This document shows, piece after piece, positions 1-12,910 of a DNA stretch of 64,000 nucleotides. Source of the DNA: Octopus vulgaris (lineage: Eukaryota); assembly GCA_951406725.2 (NCBI GenBank), contig OX597823.1, positions 89,094,001 through 89,158,000 on the forward strand, given 5' to 3'. Each line of letters begins with the position of its first letter. Position 1 is the stretch's first letter. The notes below the pieces were generated by a model. The model was not told where the DNA came from and made no database searches. It worked only from the letters and a program-made list of their open reading frames with translations. The translations under genes were made by a program, and so were the position numbers.

Positions 1-52
<52 letters not shown>

Positions 53-99
53 GTAATAATAATAATAATAATAACAATAATAACAATAATAATAATAAA

Positions 100-162
<63 letters not shown>
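1..162. repeat. (AAT)n microsatellite; a second AAT/AAC/GAT tract lies at 340-537
   Basis: Direct reading of the trinucleotide runs. Confidence 0.98.
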
Positions 163-337
163 TTCTACTATAGGCAAAGGGTCGGAAATTTGGTGGGAGG
201 GGCCAGTGGAGTGGATCGACCCAAGTACGTTACTAGTACTTAATTTATCGACCTCCGAAAGTATGAAAGGCAAAGTCGACCTCAGCGGAATTTGAAATAA
301 GAACGTAGCGTGCTAACAATTCTGCCAGCTAACCGCT

Positions 338-407
<70 letters not shown>

Positions 408-952
408 CAACAACAGCAACAACAACAACAACAAAAACAACAACAACAACAATAATAATAATAATAATAATAATAATGATGATGATGATGAAAATCATGG
501 TCATGATGATCATGATGATGATGATGATGATGATCATTTCAAATTTTTGTCCAAGGGTAGTTATTCCGGAGAGAGGGTAAGTCGATTATATTGTCCCCAG
601 TTGTCAACGCCCCGAGAGGATAAATGTCAAAGTCAACTTCGACGGAATTTGAACAACTAAGAACATAAAGATAGATGAAATGTCACTGAGCATTCTGCCC
701 GACGTGGTAACAATTCTGCCAGTTCGTTGCCTGAATGATATTAATAACCCACTATAGACACAAGGTCTGACATTGGGAGTGAGGGACAAATCGCTTAGAA
801 TGACGCCAGTGCGTAAGTGGTTCATATTTTATCTACCACGAGAGAATGAAAGGCAAAGTCTACCTCGGCGGAATTTCAACTCTGAACATAAAGATGGACA
901 AAATGACACTAAACATTTTTCCCGGTGCGCTAACGATTCAGCCAGCTCGCCA
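163..952 (-). mobile_element. Three decayed copies of SINE family A (tRNA head, Meta-like central domain) at about 163-338, 537-730 and 745-952
   Basis: Reverse complements of the family-A copy at 39644 (motifs atgaaaggcaaagtcgacctcggcggaatttgaa and gctaacgattctgccagctcgcc). Confidence 0.85.
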
Positions 953-1029
953 AAAGTCGTATATTAGTAACGAAGAGAAATAATTGTCCAATGGTTTCCA
1001 ATACATATTTGATACGTAATACTTCCATG

Positions 1030-1640
1030 TGATTAAATAAAAATGAAACGGAACTTAGCTGGAATAGTGAACATCAGCATAAAAACTTACATTCAAGTCA
1101 GCTCTTCCATCAGCCAAGAGACCTCCCTGTATTGGGGGTCAGGCTTGCCAATACTCCATGTCTTTTTTGTATCGTGCAGTATGCTTACAATCATCCAGGC
1201 TCTTGCTTCCGATCCACCTCTTCATGACTCGGTCCACAACCATCTTTGACTGCTTCTTGCCCAAAAGATGATAGCTTTATGGACTTCATTCTCTAACATA
1301 AATGTCTTTGGACTGTCAACTATGCCACTACTTAATTGTTTGTAACCCCGAATTTGCAGCATATGCTGACTAAACTGCGAAAGTATCACGTCGCAAAGCC
1401 TTCTAATTTTACTTTATTGCTGTGTACATTGTCAAAGTTTTTGCCCTCACTAGATGACATATAATATAATATAGCAGTTTAATAGAGTTGAAGATCTTTT
1501 TCATTCTTATAAATGCTGTTTGTCCTTTGAGTAACTTCCCTGCAGCAACCTCCCTGATTTATTACTTGCCCTGAATTCTAGAAGTATTTTACTTATTCAA
1601 TATACATAGGTATTTAAACACGTCATGATAATGATCAACC
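1030..1640 (-). pseudogene. Heavily decayed R4/Dong-like non-LTR retrotransposon fragment (post-RT region)
   Basis: Minus-strand remnants FKYLCIL (~YKYLGIL), KTLTMY (~KLLTMH) and an SWL motif in the order expected for R4-clade ORFs; many stops and frameshifts. Confidence 0.45.
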
Positions 1641-1849
1641 CGTCAGCACAAAGTGTAACAATTATATCCAGAGCTTAACAAAGATTTTATCACAAAAATA
1701 TATCGTGAAAGCTTTCAGTAATCCCCCTACGAGATCTGAAGAATGACGTGATAAACAAATAAAGCTATGTTTGCTAGATTTTCTGATTGTGCAATAAAAA
1801 TTTTAGCTGCTAATAAATAATGAAGTGATAATGTCTTTAATGATGTGAT

Positions 1850-3130
1850 TAACTCTACTCAACAATATATTCTTGGTAAGCAGAAATACATCTTATTAGA
1901 TAGTACTTCTGCTTAATAGGATTGTAACCATGCTCGATCCACTTCTTCATAAGAAACCGAATGGATTTAGAAGGGGCCGGCCAACAACTGCACAAATCCT
2001 CTCCACCCGTCGCATACTGGAAGAAATGAAAAATATCAACAAGAGAGACACAATCTATTTTGTAAACTTTCGCAAAGCATTTGATTCCATCAGCAGAGAT
2101 CTTATGTTTGATATCATTGTACTCTGTGGTATTCCTCCCAGGATAGTTGATGCTATCAGAGCACTGTATACAAACAACACTGCCACAGTTATAACCCCTG
2201 ATGGAGAGACTGATTTCTTTCAAGTTGAAGCAGATGTTCTGCAGAGTGACACACTCGCATCTTTCTTGTTCATCGTTGTTCTCGACTATGTTTTACGCAT
2301 TTCCCTAGGCGGTATGGATGAAAAGAGACTCTTTTTGAAACCCCACCAGAGCAGTTGGCATTGTACGCAATATTTAACTGATCTTAACTTTGCTGACGAA
2401 CTTGCCTTAATATCCCATTGTATTAAAGATGCAGAATCTTTGTTACAAGTACTAGAGAAAGTGGCAAACCAGGTTAGCCTTTACTGCAACGAGAGTAAGA
2501 CAGAGTTTATCACGACCTTCTCCAACTTAAATCGATCAATAATATATCAATCAAAGATGTTGACAACTTCAAATACCTTGCATCACACATACTAGACTCC
2601 CAAAATGACTTTAGCAGCTGCAAGGCTCTTGCTTGGGATACATGTAACAGAGTTGATAAGGCCTGGCACTCAAACCTTCCACCCAAGTTAAAAGTTAAAA
2701 TATTTAAAACACTGATTAAAGCAGTCCTTCTCTATGGATCAGAGACCTGGACCTTATCGGCTCTCTTAGAAAAACAGCTTGGAGGAACATATACCAACTG
2801 CTCAGAAAGATACAGAAAATCATTTGGAGATCACGTCCAACACTTAGCTACATCTACGGAAATCTGATACCAGTACCCCTCAAGCTAAAGCAGAAACGAC
2901 TACAATTTGCTGGCCACTATTACCGAGCAGAGAAAGAGGTTATCTCATCCGTGCTTCTATGGGATCCCTCCCGAAGTGTTTTCTCCTGGAAACTGACGTT
3001 TCCAGATACTATATCTCGGGATTCATGGATGGATATTAGAGGTCTGAACACATTAACGCAGGACCGTGTAGTGTGGAAAGAGGTTATCAATGGAGTTCCA
3101 ACCAACCATAGGATGGTGCAAGGATGATGA
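1850..3130 (+). mobile_element. 5'-truncated RTE-clade LINE (reverse transcriptase pseudogene)
   Basis: ORF 1930-2595 has NGFRRGRPT, FVNFRKAFDSI, VLQSDTLASFLF and DLNFADELAL (RT motifs; catalytic DD degraded). Frameshifted continuation gives VLLYGSETWTL and KRLQFAGH, followed by a short GAT-type tail. Confidence 0.92.
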
Positions 3131-3273
3131 AGAAAAGCTGAATAATGGCAAGGGACACAACTCAAAAAGTAATCTTGTAATTTCTGTTTGAAATTGTTGG
3201 TGGCATTCAATTGTTAATGGTACTAATTGCTGTTTTCTAATTTAGACAGAAACCCAACAATTATACATGGGGG

Positions 3274-4449
3274 AAATTAGACGATTACTTAACTGTTATT
3301 TTATAGGCCTCGAAAAGACGAAAGACAAAGTGAGCCGCAGCGGGATCTGAAATCAGGACGTAAAGCAGAAATATCGGAAGACATCTTTTGCGGTGCTCTA
3401 ACAATTCTGCTAAGCCAACGACTTTAAAATTCTTAATAAAGACAATAAATAATGCGTTGAATAGAAAAGTATAACAGTTTGGATTGAAGAACGGCCTCTA
3501 TACGGCTTTGACTACTTATATCAAAATAAATTAACGTTAAATATTTACCCGCCCAATGACAGGTAACTTTGGATGTAAGCTTTGGCCACCATGGGTATTA
3601 CCAAGAAATATAGAATACATACAATAACTATATTTTAATTTTCATCAAATTTCTTGCTATTTATAATAAACGGAGAAATGAATATAAATTTTTTAAATAA
3701 AAATCTTACCTTAAACCAAATTTGAATAAAACAGATGTCTCATTTGCATAACTTCTCCCATAACTACTCATTTACTCTCTCTCCTCCTTCGTTATCTCTA
3801 TGATTCTGTCTCTCACTCAATGCATTTACAGTCTTATTTTATTCATTGCTAGCCACCAAGTCTAGTACGCTGCACTTATGATAACTCACAGTGTAGTTCT
3901 CTTTTATGCTGGCTCTCCTTTCTATAACTCGTGACTGGATATCTCCACCAACCAGCATCTATAACGGCTATTAGTATATAGAGATATATCACATTGACAT
4001 ATCTGGTTTAAATTATCACCAGATGTTGTGAGTTCTCTGAAATCTTGATTTTTTTTAATAATAGGAGAAACGTTAGAATATATGGAAAGAGCACAAACCA
4101 TAAAATTAATAAGATAAATTCCAGACTGGCAACCGCTGGTTTGAACCTAGATCTAACAATTTGTTTTTTAAACCAAATTAGACGATTACTTAACTGTTAT
4201 TTTATAGGCCTCGAAAAGACGAAAGACAAAGTGAGCCGCAGCGGGATCTGAAATCAGAACGTAAAGCAGAAATATCGGAAGACATCTTTTGCGGTGCTCT
4301 AACAATTCCGCTAATCCAACGACTTTAACATTCTTAATAAAGACAATAGATAATGCGTTGAATAGAAAGGTATAACAATTTGGACTGAAGAACGATCTCT
4401 ATACAGCTTTGATTGCTAATATCAAAATGAATTAATCTCAAACATTTAT
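3274..4449 (+). repeat. Local direct duplication of ~275 bp (3274-3548 and 4175-4449, offset 901) containing a minus-strand SINE-A fragment plus flank
   Basis: Both copies begin aaattagacgattacttaactgttattttataggcctcg, share the same SINE decay pattern and continue into the same non-SINE flank. Confidence 0.9.
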
Positions 4450-4534
4450 TACCTAATAAATCCTCTGCCGCTTAAGATTATTTTAATCCAACATCGAGGT
4501 TCCAATCTCCTCTTTTTTATGAAGTTCGAAATAT

Positions 4535-4750
4535 TGATTTCAAACATTTGGCACAAGGCCAGCAATTTCGAGGGAGGAGCCAAGTTGATAACATCGATCC
4601 CAGTGTTCGGATAGTACTTAGTTTATTGACTCGGAAAGCCCGAAAAGCAAAGCCGACCTCGGCGGAACCCGAACTCAGAAAACAAAGACGGACGAATTGC
4701 AGCTAAGTATTTTGCTCGGCGTGCTAACGATTCTGCCAGCTCGCCGCCTA
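4535..4750 (-). mobile_element. SINE family A copy
   Basis: gcaaagccgacctcggcggaacccgaactcagaa...gctaacgattctgccagctcgccgcc is the reverse complement of the family-A head and core. Confidence 0.88.
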
Positions 4751-5489
4751 TATGAAGTCCAAAATATTGAATATTATTATTAAAATAAGTATCTCGCACA
4801 TAAGTTGTCTATTTGTGCTCCATTAAGCGTATCCTTAAATCCGCCAAGTAATAGCTATAACGATAGAAGTAAAACCTTACGTCAGAACAGTGACAGAGTT
4901 GGAAGCCACGGTTTAAAATGTAATGTTTTATAGCTTATAAACCAACATGGAATCTCCTTTGGGTCTGATAAATGACTCTGTCTCGGAAGGATGAACAAGT
5001 CAAAAATGACTGATAGTATATTAGTAAACTACTAAAAACTACTAAATGCACATGAAAGGAAGCGATAAAAATTATCTTGGAACCAAAAGAGAATAAAGCA
5101 ATTATGCTAAAATTTATAGTGTGATCCCCAAGGGCCATTTCCAGTGACGAAAACCGATAATATTTGGAAGTGAGCTCACTTTAAGAATATAAATCGGAAG
5201 TGACGAACATTCGGAACATGTATCTCGATGAGATACACTGGGTGTTGCATGTGTGTGTGTGTGTAAGTGTGCGTGTAAGTGTGTGTGTGTGTGTGTGTGT
5301 GCGTGTAAGTGTGTGTGTATGTGTGTGTGGTTTTCTTGGTGGAGGTGATGGTCATAGTCGTCGTCGTAGCGGTGTGGTGACTAAGGTAGAAGTCGTGGTT
5401 GCATCACGATTTTTTTGTTTTTGTTACCGTTATTTTATTGCTACTGTTGTTGCTGTCGGTACTGTTTTATAAATAAGGATTTGATAAAA

Positions 5490-5745
5490 AGTAAGAGTAA
5501 TACTTAGATATGAAAAAATATAAGAAATCGCTATAAAGCGGACGGTAGGAATAAGGATTGAGAAATAGCAAGTGCTTGATACACCGTTTCCATGCCACCC
5601 CAATTTAGGTTTTTCTAATATTTATCACCTTATTTAACTATGTATCAAGCGCTTACTTCCTATTTGTCAATCCTTAATCCTACCCCTCTCTTTACAGAGA
5701 TTTCTATATCTTTATAACTTACTACTACATTTTACTTTCTACCTC
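5490..5745. mobile_element. Hairpin/MITE-like element with ~65-100 bp imperfect inverted repeats
   Basis: agaaatcgctataaagcggacggtaggaataaggattgagaaatagcaagtgcttgataca pairs with tgtatcaagcgcttacttcctatttgtcaatccttaatcctacccctctctttacagagatttct. Confidence 0.7.
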
Positions 5746-6084
5746 ATCTATACTCTCTTTTTGCATTATAACAGTGTTCCTAGGTCTAGTCTAATTTCAT
5801 TTCATTTCATTCTCTGTCATTAACAGTTATATGTTTGTTCCTTTACCAAATTGAGACTTCTTTCTTAATTTTAGTTTAGTACTTTAATTCATTAAAACAC
5901 AGCCACCCCTATTAACTTTTTTTTTTACTTTTTTTATATGTCTCTGCATATCGCATACCAGGGTAATCAGATCACTTCTGCTACTTATATTTCCATCCCT
6001 TTCAATTTACTCACGTCGTTTATTGCCGTCGCACTTCCCTTACAACACGCAATACTCTTTCTTATAGTCGTCATCACGACTAAA

Positions 6085-6270
6085 AGAGTGAAATCTTTAG
6101 CGGTATTTCGTCTGTCTTTACGTTCTGGGTTCAAATTCCACCGAAGTCATCTTTGCCTTTCATCCTTTCAGGATCGATATATTAAGTACCAGTCAGGGAC
6201 TGGGTTCGATGTGATCGATTAATCCCCTAGCTACAAATTCCAGGCCTTGTGCCCATAATAGAAAGGCTTA
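6085..6270 (+). mobile_element. SINE family A copy (5' truncated)
   Basis: ggttcaaattccaccgaagtcatctttgcctttcatcctttcaggatcgatatattaagtaccag. Confidence 0.85.
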
Positions 6271-6339
6271 TTATTACTATTATTATTTCTTTTTATCACA
6301 GGTTTTGTTGGAACTCCTAGAGTCTAGCATGCGTACGCG

Positions 6340-7100
6340 CTTGCTATCCGCAGCCTACGGTACCATACTACCCTTTTTTTTGCAGCTATTTAATGCTTTC
6401 CTGATTATTCTGGCCGTGCCAAGGAGGAAAACCTTTAAATTACAATTTCCTTTATATTTCTCTTGATACCCTCTGATACTGTACTCGAGGACCCAACAAT
6501 AATTGGGTGTTTCTTCATTTTCTATAACTAGGCCATTTCATGCTTAAGAGGGTTGTATTTATCTATTTATTCGCATCCCTTCTTGATAATTCCTGGGTCA
6601 TTCAACATCAACTATATAGCACACATGATGCATCTTGTCGACATCAACTAAGTCTGATTTATTATACACTAGCACCTGATCTGATTGGATTGGAAAATCC
6701 CAGAGTACTTTGCTAGTCTTCGACTCTGCCACTCTGCTGCAGTTTGTGCTCATACCACATTTTTGCCTCTCCCTTGGCCCCACTTTTCGCACAGTTTCTA
6801 ATTTAATACGCTACCTGATCGTGTCACCACAACGTGTAGTGGTTTTGGGCAACTCTAGGGCATTCGTTCGTGATATGGGCAATGGTTTTATCCATTCTGT
6901 TACAAATGCGGTACAGCGGAGACATTTGATCATTCCAAAAGTTAACCCTCCAGTTCGTGCCCCCCCCACCACCACCGAAAGATTTCTCTCTTGATTTTCA
7001 CCTCTGTTAATACTTGATTCCGTTCTCCAACATTTCATACTGTTTCATATAAGACTTCTCATGTTTTCTACTACCCCATACATTTCCATTGTTCTTATTA
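6340..7100 (-). pseudogene. R4/Dong-clade LINE fragment (zinc knuckle and restriction-like endonuclease)
   Basis: Minus-strand CLRC..., HDQVA and KVLWDFPIQSDQVLVYNKSDLVDVDK...CYIVDV match the R4-type RHD / WDF.IQTD...RPD...IIDV signature. Confidence 0.8.
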
Positions 7101-8673
7101 TCCAGGTTGGTACAGAAACAATTGTCGCTGATCAGAAAAGATCTTTCTGTGCATTCTTATTTGGATATTTCACTCTTCGCTAAACCCACACAACGGATTA
7201 TCCGACCTGAAACTAGGGTTTTCTACACCTGAAAAATTTTAGTATTAGTCTGGAATCCGACAATGTTGATAGCCCAGAGGTCAGTTTGGTGTTGCACAGA
7301 CAGGATATACATTGTACCGTTTGACAAAAATTAATCTAAAATTCTCTGTCCATTTTTAAAATGGTGGTGGAGGTGGTGGTACAGAACGTCCCTCTTCACC
7401 CTCACTTTCCTTTTTAAGTAAAAATTGAAAACGTGGCTGAGGGCTTGGCCGAAGAGAAAGGTCTCTAGTCCATTCAGTCTCCTCCACCACTATACCTACT
7501 TCGCTATAGCCGTAAGACAGAGGGAAATTGCCTTTCCTTCCGGCCAAAAGAAGGTAGTGGGGTAATTTTTACAATGGACTCGGCTGATAACCGGATCCAT
7601 CCAATATTTAAACACTGTTAATCGTAGCATTATGTACTTCGAGTTACACCGTTAAAATCGAATTGCGTTACGTCTCTTCACGTGTCTCAAAGTTTCTATA
7701 TTCGCATGACTTACACAGCATACAATTCTCCCTGGTAAGAATAAAGCTTCTGAAATGGGTAAAGAACTTGAACGGGTTGCTTTTGTCCTGTGATAGTACG
7801 TCGATCACTTTTTTTACAGCTTTCATCTCTTTGTATTCAAAGTTCTATTTTTCTAATTCATTATTTACACTATTATTTATAACTTTACCAACTCCGATTT
7901 CCACCGTAAAAACATATTACAAATACCCCCCGCCCCCAAGACACACATATGTGTGTAGGTATGTACATAAAATATGTATGTATGTATGAGTGTGTCCATG
8001 CGGGCACGCTTGTATGTATGTATGTTTGATATACGCAAATATAAATCGACGAAGAGCTAAGAACAAATAGCGTTGATATTGTCATAAAAGACAGAATGTC
8101 CATGTTATGCGCATTGATTGATTTTAATCCCCAAACGTAACATCTCAGCGAAGGAGACTGGATATTTCAATTCCCCATATTGAGCAAGAAAAACATGAAA
8201 AATGACTTGAAGGGGACACATCAAACTATGCAAACGGTTTGAAGGAATATCATTATTCTATCAATAATAGAAGATCTAAAGACGAGTAACCAAGTAGAAA
8301 ATTGAAAAAGAATATAAAAGAAGCACTATGTAAACCTTTCATATGTAAAATCCAAAACGTAAGCCCCCAAGAAATTGCAAATATTCTCATGAAAATACTG
8401 TACATAAATAACAAAGTAAATGTTTAGAACATACATCTACTGTCTTCAGAGTAAAACAAAAGTATGTGAACAGAAGTGGTGTATCAATAAAAATAATCAC
8501 ATGTATTCTATAACTGACATATGGGTAACGAATGAGAGAAACTTCAAGTACAGATTGCAAAACAATATGGATATTATATCAAATGTGATATGGAAAATAT
8601 ATAACATGGAACATAGACAGACAGACAGCCATACAGATAGGCAAACAGACGGACAAATAGACAGACAGATAGT

Positions 8674-8770
<97 letters not shown>
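8674..8770. repeat. (GATA)n microsatellite
   Basis: Direct reading. Confidence 0.98.
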
Positions 8771-8771
<1 letters not shown>

Positions 8772-9161
8772 TGTTTTTATTATGGTCACACAGGGCTAAA
8801 CATAGAAAATAGACGAAATACAATGTAGACTTTTTCTTTTCGAGGTGGGATGGGTGGGACACATAAATGAAAAAGTCCGATCAATAGGGATCGTTGGGCT
8901 GTGTTATGTACAAAAAAGGAAAGACATATATATAAAGTTCCAAAAAAAAGGGGGAGGAAGATATTGTTTACAGTTTTATTGTTTACAATAGGGGAAGAGT
9001 ATTTTTTTCACGGACAAGAGAATTTTGTATGAAGTGCCTTATGAGTCTACCAGAGAGCACTGTCGAAAATATGGAGAGTATATTCTAGATTAAAAAAAGA
9101 ATTTTGTCCTAATTTTAAAACAAATAAAAGTATAACAAAACCGCATTATTTATGGGATGAG

Positions 9162-9200
<39 letters not shown>

Positions 9201-9211
9201 CGATAGATAGA

Positions 9212-9248
<37 letters not shown>

Positions 9249-9939
9249 ATACATACGTGTGCTTGTATGTGTGGTGTGTGCGCGCGCGTACAGTTTGATT
9301 AATTATATATTTATAAAACAAAAACAATGAAAGTTATAAGAAATAGTACAGGCCGATTGTGAGTGTAATGACCTCGTAGGACCACTCCTTCAGGATATCT
9401 TCTGTGAAATAGTGTTGTATAATATTCCATAAATTCTTACTTGAAAATAGCGTAGTTTGAATCACGATACGCGAAGAAAGAGTCTTGACTTACCTGTAAT
9501 CAAAAAGAAAATATTCAAAATTTAGTAATAAATATGTTACAATAATTTTTATTTTCATTATACGTATGTAATCATGTATCGAATTTCACGTGTCTCGCGG
9601 TATTGCTTATAATGTAGCGCTCACAGTTCCTGTGTCGATCAAGTCTATGAAATACTTTGTTACGGTAATGTCAGTCTCGAATATTTTCGGAGGTTATAAG
9701 ATGTTTCACCACAGTAGTTCCGACGAGCTTAACAGGTGCCGCTTAATCAACGCTAACGTCTTTGTTTTAATATTTAATAGGTTTTAATGTTATTCTTGTC
9801 CTCAGCCTCTCTTTCACTCTATTTCTTTCTCTCTCCTCACCTTCACTCTCATTCTTTCTCTCTCCCTATCCCACTTTCATTCTCTCTCTCTCACTCTCTC
9901 TCTTTATACACACACACACATATATATATATATACATAT

Positions 9940-9970
<31 letters not shown>

Positions 9971-9972
<2 letters not shown>

Positions 9973-11261
9973 GGATGGTGGGTGAACAGTAAGTAAGCAT
10001 TAAAAATTGGTAATAAAATCCATATTCCTTTTACAAATTTATTGAAGCACATGATACATGTAATTTATTAAATGAGAAAATGAAAGTAAATCTTCATATT
10101 TCAACGTAAGCACCGGTGGCGTCAAACAGTTTTTTTTCAAATGGCCAGGGATGGAATGAACAACCTTCTGAAGGACTTCGTATGGAATATCATTGAGAAC
10201 CTCCTGAATCCATGTCTCCACCTCTTCCACTGTGCGAGATTTTGTCTTGTTCACGTCTTTTGTTTAACCACCACAGGTAAAAGTCACTTGGAGTGAGATC
10301 TGGACTTCCTGGAGGCGAGGCCATTCATGAGGTCCGCATCGTTCTATCCAACGTCCTTACAAATGTTGGTCTAATTGCGCACGCACAGTAAGATCAAAAT
10401 GGGGTGGTGCATTACCCTGCATCAATATCAGGTCACCAATGTTATCCTAGCTAGACATCATGGACCACGCATAATTTTCGAGCATCTGAAGATAGCAGTC
10501 CATATTCATGGTGTCACGCAAAAGATATGGGGCTGACAACTCTCGTCGCTGATATTCGGTCAGTTTTGGTCGAGCTTGCATCCTCTCAACCGTCATGTTT
10601 GGATCCTTATCACTCGTCGCCCGATAATGGAATACAGTCTCATCACTCCAGAGGATGTCTTCAAACAATTCAGGCCAATCTTCATGTCAACCCAGAATTA
10701 ACTTTCCCTATTCCATTCTGCAGTCAGTTTTCAGGTTTTAGCTCCTGCACGTAATAGGATTTCCACGGACGAAAATTCAATTCTTTATGCAACACCGTAC
10801 ATATTGTCTGTCTTACTAGTCCACTTCGACAAGCCGCTTGACGTGTTGATTTTTGCGGGCTGCGATTAAACATTCCCTGCACTGTGTCACGCATTCCGTC
10901 GCTGATCGGGATGTGATTGGACAGCCACTTGTTCTATCGTTCACAGAGCCCGTCGTCATCAGTTTGAATGACAACCTCTTACTGTCTCCGGGCGTAGTGT
11001 TGCATGCTTACCTTTCCATGCACACCACCATCTCTGAACCAAAACAATGGAATTCCACATTTCATAGCACGCTGCTATCTTAACTCGCTCCTGAACAATC
11101 AAGCGACCAGCCATCTGCAAAATAAGAAACAACAACTATGTCAATGAAAAATAAATAATCCTCATTAATGTTGTCTGTTTCAAAAATGTTTTCGTCATGA
11201 CTTCAGTGATACTAAAAATTCTACAAGGAATTTCTAATGCCTAGTTACTTTCCACCCATCC

Positions 11262-11264
<3 letters not shown>
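9971..11264 (-). mobile_element. Fossil Tc1/mariner-superfamily DNA transposon
   Basis: Imperfect ~35-bp TIRs (aggatggtgggtgaacagtaagtaagcattaaaaatt and aatttctaatgcctagttactttcccacccatcct). Minus-strand transposase remnants ILWSDETVFH, MQGNAPPHF (~QQDGAPPH) and PGSPDLTPSDFYLW (~WPPRSPDLTPCDFFLWG). Confidence 0.88.
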
Positions 11265-11334
<70 letters not shown>

Positions 11335-12910
11335 GCCAAGAAAATTTACTTGTTTAACCCCTCCCTTTTCCCTTAATATAAAAACTAACACAGGTAAAAT
11401 ATTCCTGTCTCTCCTAGGCAAACATTTTCCAGCAACTCACAGATACAGGAAATTTTTTTGATAGGCGCTCTGTAAAATTAACATGCAGGTGATGGCCCAG
11501 TATGGAGAGTATCATTATACGAGGTCAATAGGAAGGGCCTAATCCCAATTGTAACTCGTACAACCCAGGATCCTGTCCACTCGACCAACGATATATGATT
11601 AAATCTGTCGTATATAAGGTAGATGTTACTGCAACGCTAAATGATAATGCAACAGATAAGAAGGCCTACATTGGATTACGTAAAGGTTTGTGTTTGTGTT
11701 TATATACGTGTTACTGTTGTCGAAAAGAAGAACGTCAACCACAAGTTTTAAAGCCATGAACATCACCCCCGAAATAGTGTATCTATGACTATATAATTTC
11801 GAATGTACTGTAAGACGGCAGGGTTTGAGAAAGATTTAGCTGCAACTTCTAGCAGGTTGAAAAACCATATAGTCTGTCCCACCTCGTTAGCTAGTTGTAT
11901 ATACTTCGAACAACTTTCAGCGTTTGATTAAGAATAAGATAATGTTATGTGTCTGTGTGTTCTGCATCATTTCTTCTAGCTCGCTGGATGTGTGTGTGCA
12001 TTTTACTGTTTCGGATTTGTTGCTGCTGCCTTGTTTCTATTATAACTCGATTTATATCTGAAATGAACAATATGTATATAAATTAACTAAATACCACAAT
12101 GACATTTTCTTCGACGCTGGTCGTGTATGAAGTTTGAAAGCTAACGAATCACCACATATGATTAAATGGAAAATAATTGAGAAATCCACACCTTATGTTA
12201 ATGGTTCAAATAAATGTAGGCTATGTTTAACTGAAAGAGCTCAGATCCGTTTCATATCTAAGATCCCTAACTCTCTACTTAACTCTAAGTCTAACTTTTC
12301 AGCGATAGAATGCAAAACTGTCGAAAGTCCAAAACGTTGCTTTTTCAGAAAACGAAAAAATAGTTTCACTATTCCATAGCAAAACCGTTGTACTACACTT
12401 TGACACTTTATTGATATCCTAGCATCTAAAGCAGCCGAAAACACGATTGTTTGACCAAAAGAACCGGCTATTGCAAGCAAAAATAAATATTGAAAAAAAT
12501 GTGCATTTCGCCAAATTTGGACATACGACTGTTTAACCTAATAGTAATGATATGTATAAATATATTTTGAAAGCTGGAATATTTCACCTATACCTCATTA
12601 ACTTGTTGGTATCGTTCCAGCCTTAATATTTAAGGTTTAAGGAAGATAACATTTTTATCTTTTTTTTTACTTTTTACATTTTAGCCTTTACATTTTGCTT
12701 TTCCGTTTTTCGTTTTCCGTTCTTTTTTTGATCTTCCGCATTTTCTATATACTGCCTTCTCAGCTTTTTCATATTTTTTCTCTTAATCAATTTTTTAGTT
12801 TGTTATATGTGGTTTGTGCATGATGAATATGCTTGAGATATTTCTCAACATACGAAACTATTAGTAGCAATTAAAGACATGTGTTATGTCCATCAAATAA
12901 ATAATATATA
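11335..12910 (+). mobile_element. 5'-truncated, interrupted Penelope-like element (linker, GIY-YIG endonuclease and HHR-bearing 3' region)
   Basis: PPFSLNIKTNTGKIFLSLLGKHFPATHRYRKFF; SCPLDQRYMIKSVVYKVDV...KKAYIGL (GIY-YIG); IKWKIIEKSTPYVNGSNKCRLCLTE. T-rich 3' region ends in a hammerhead remnant. Insertions at ~11700-12030 and ~12310-12540. Confidence 0.85.
12817..12869 (+). ncRNA. Decayed type-I hammerhead ribozyme at the PLE 3' end
   Basis: TGC-aTGATGA-a-TATG(C)TTGAGA-tatt-TCTCAA-CATA-C-GAAAC-TATTA-GT-A-GCA. Stems intact; C3 and G10.1 appear substituted by A. Confidence 0.65.
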
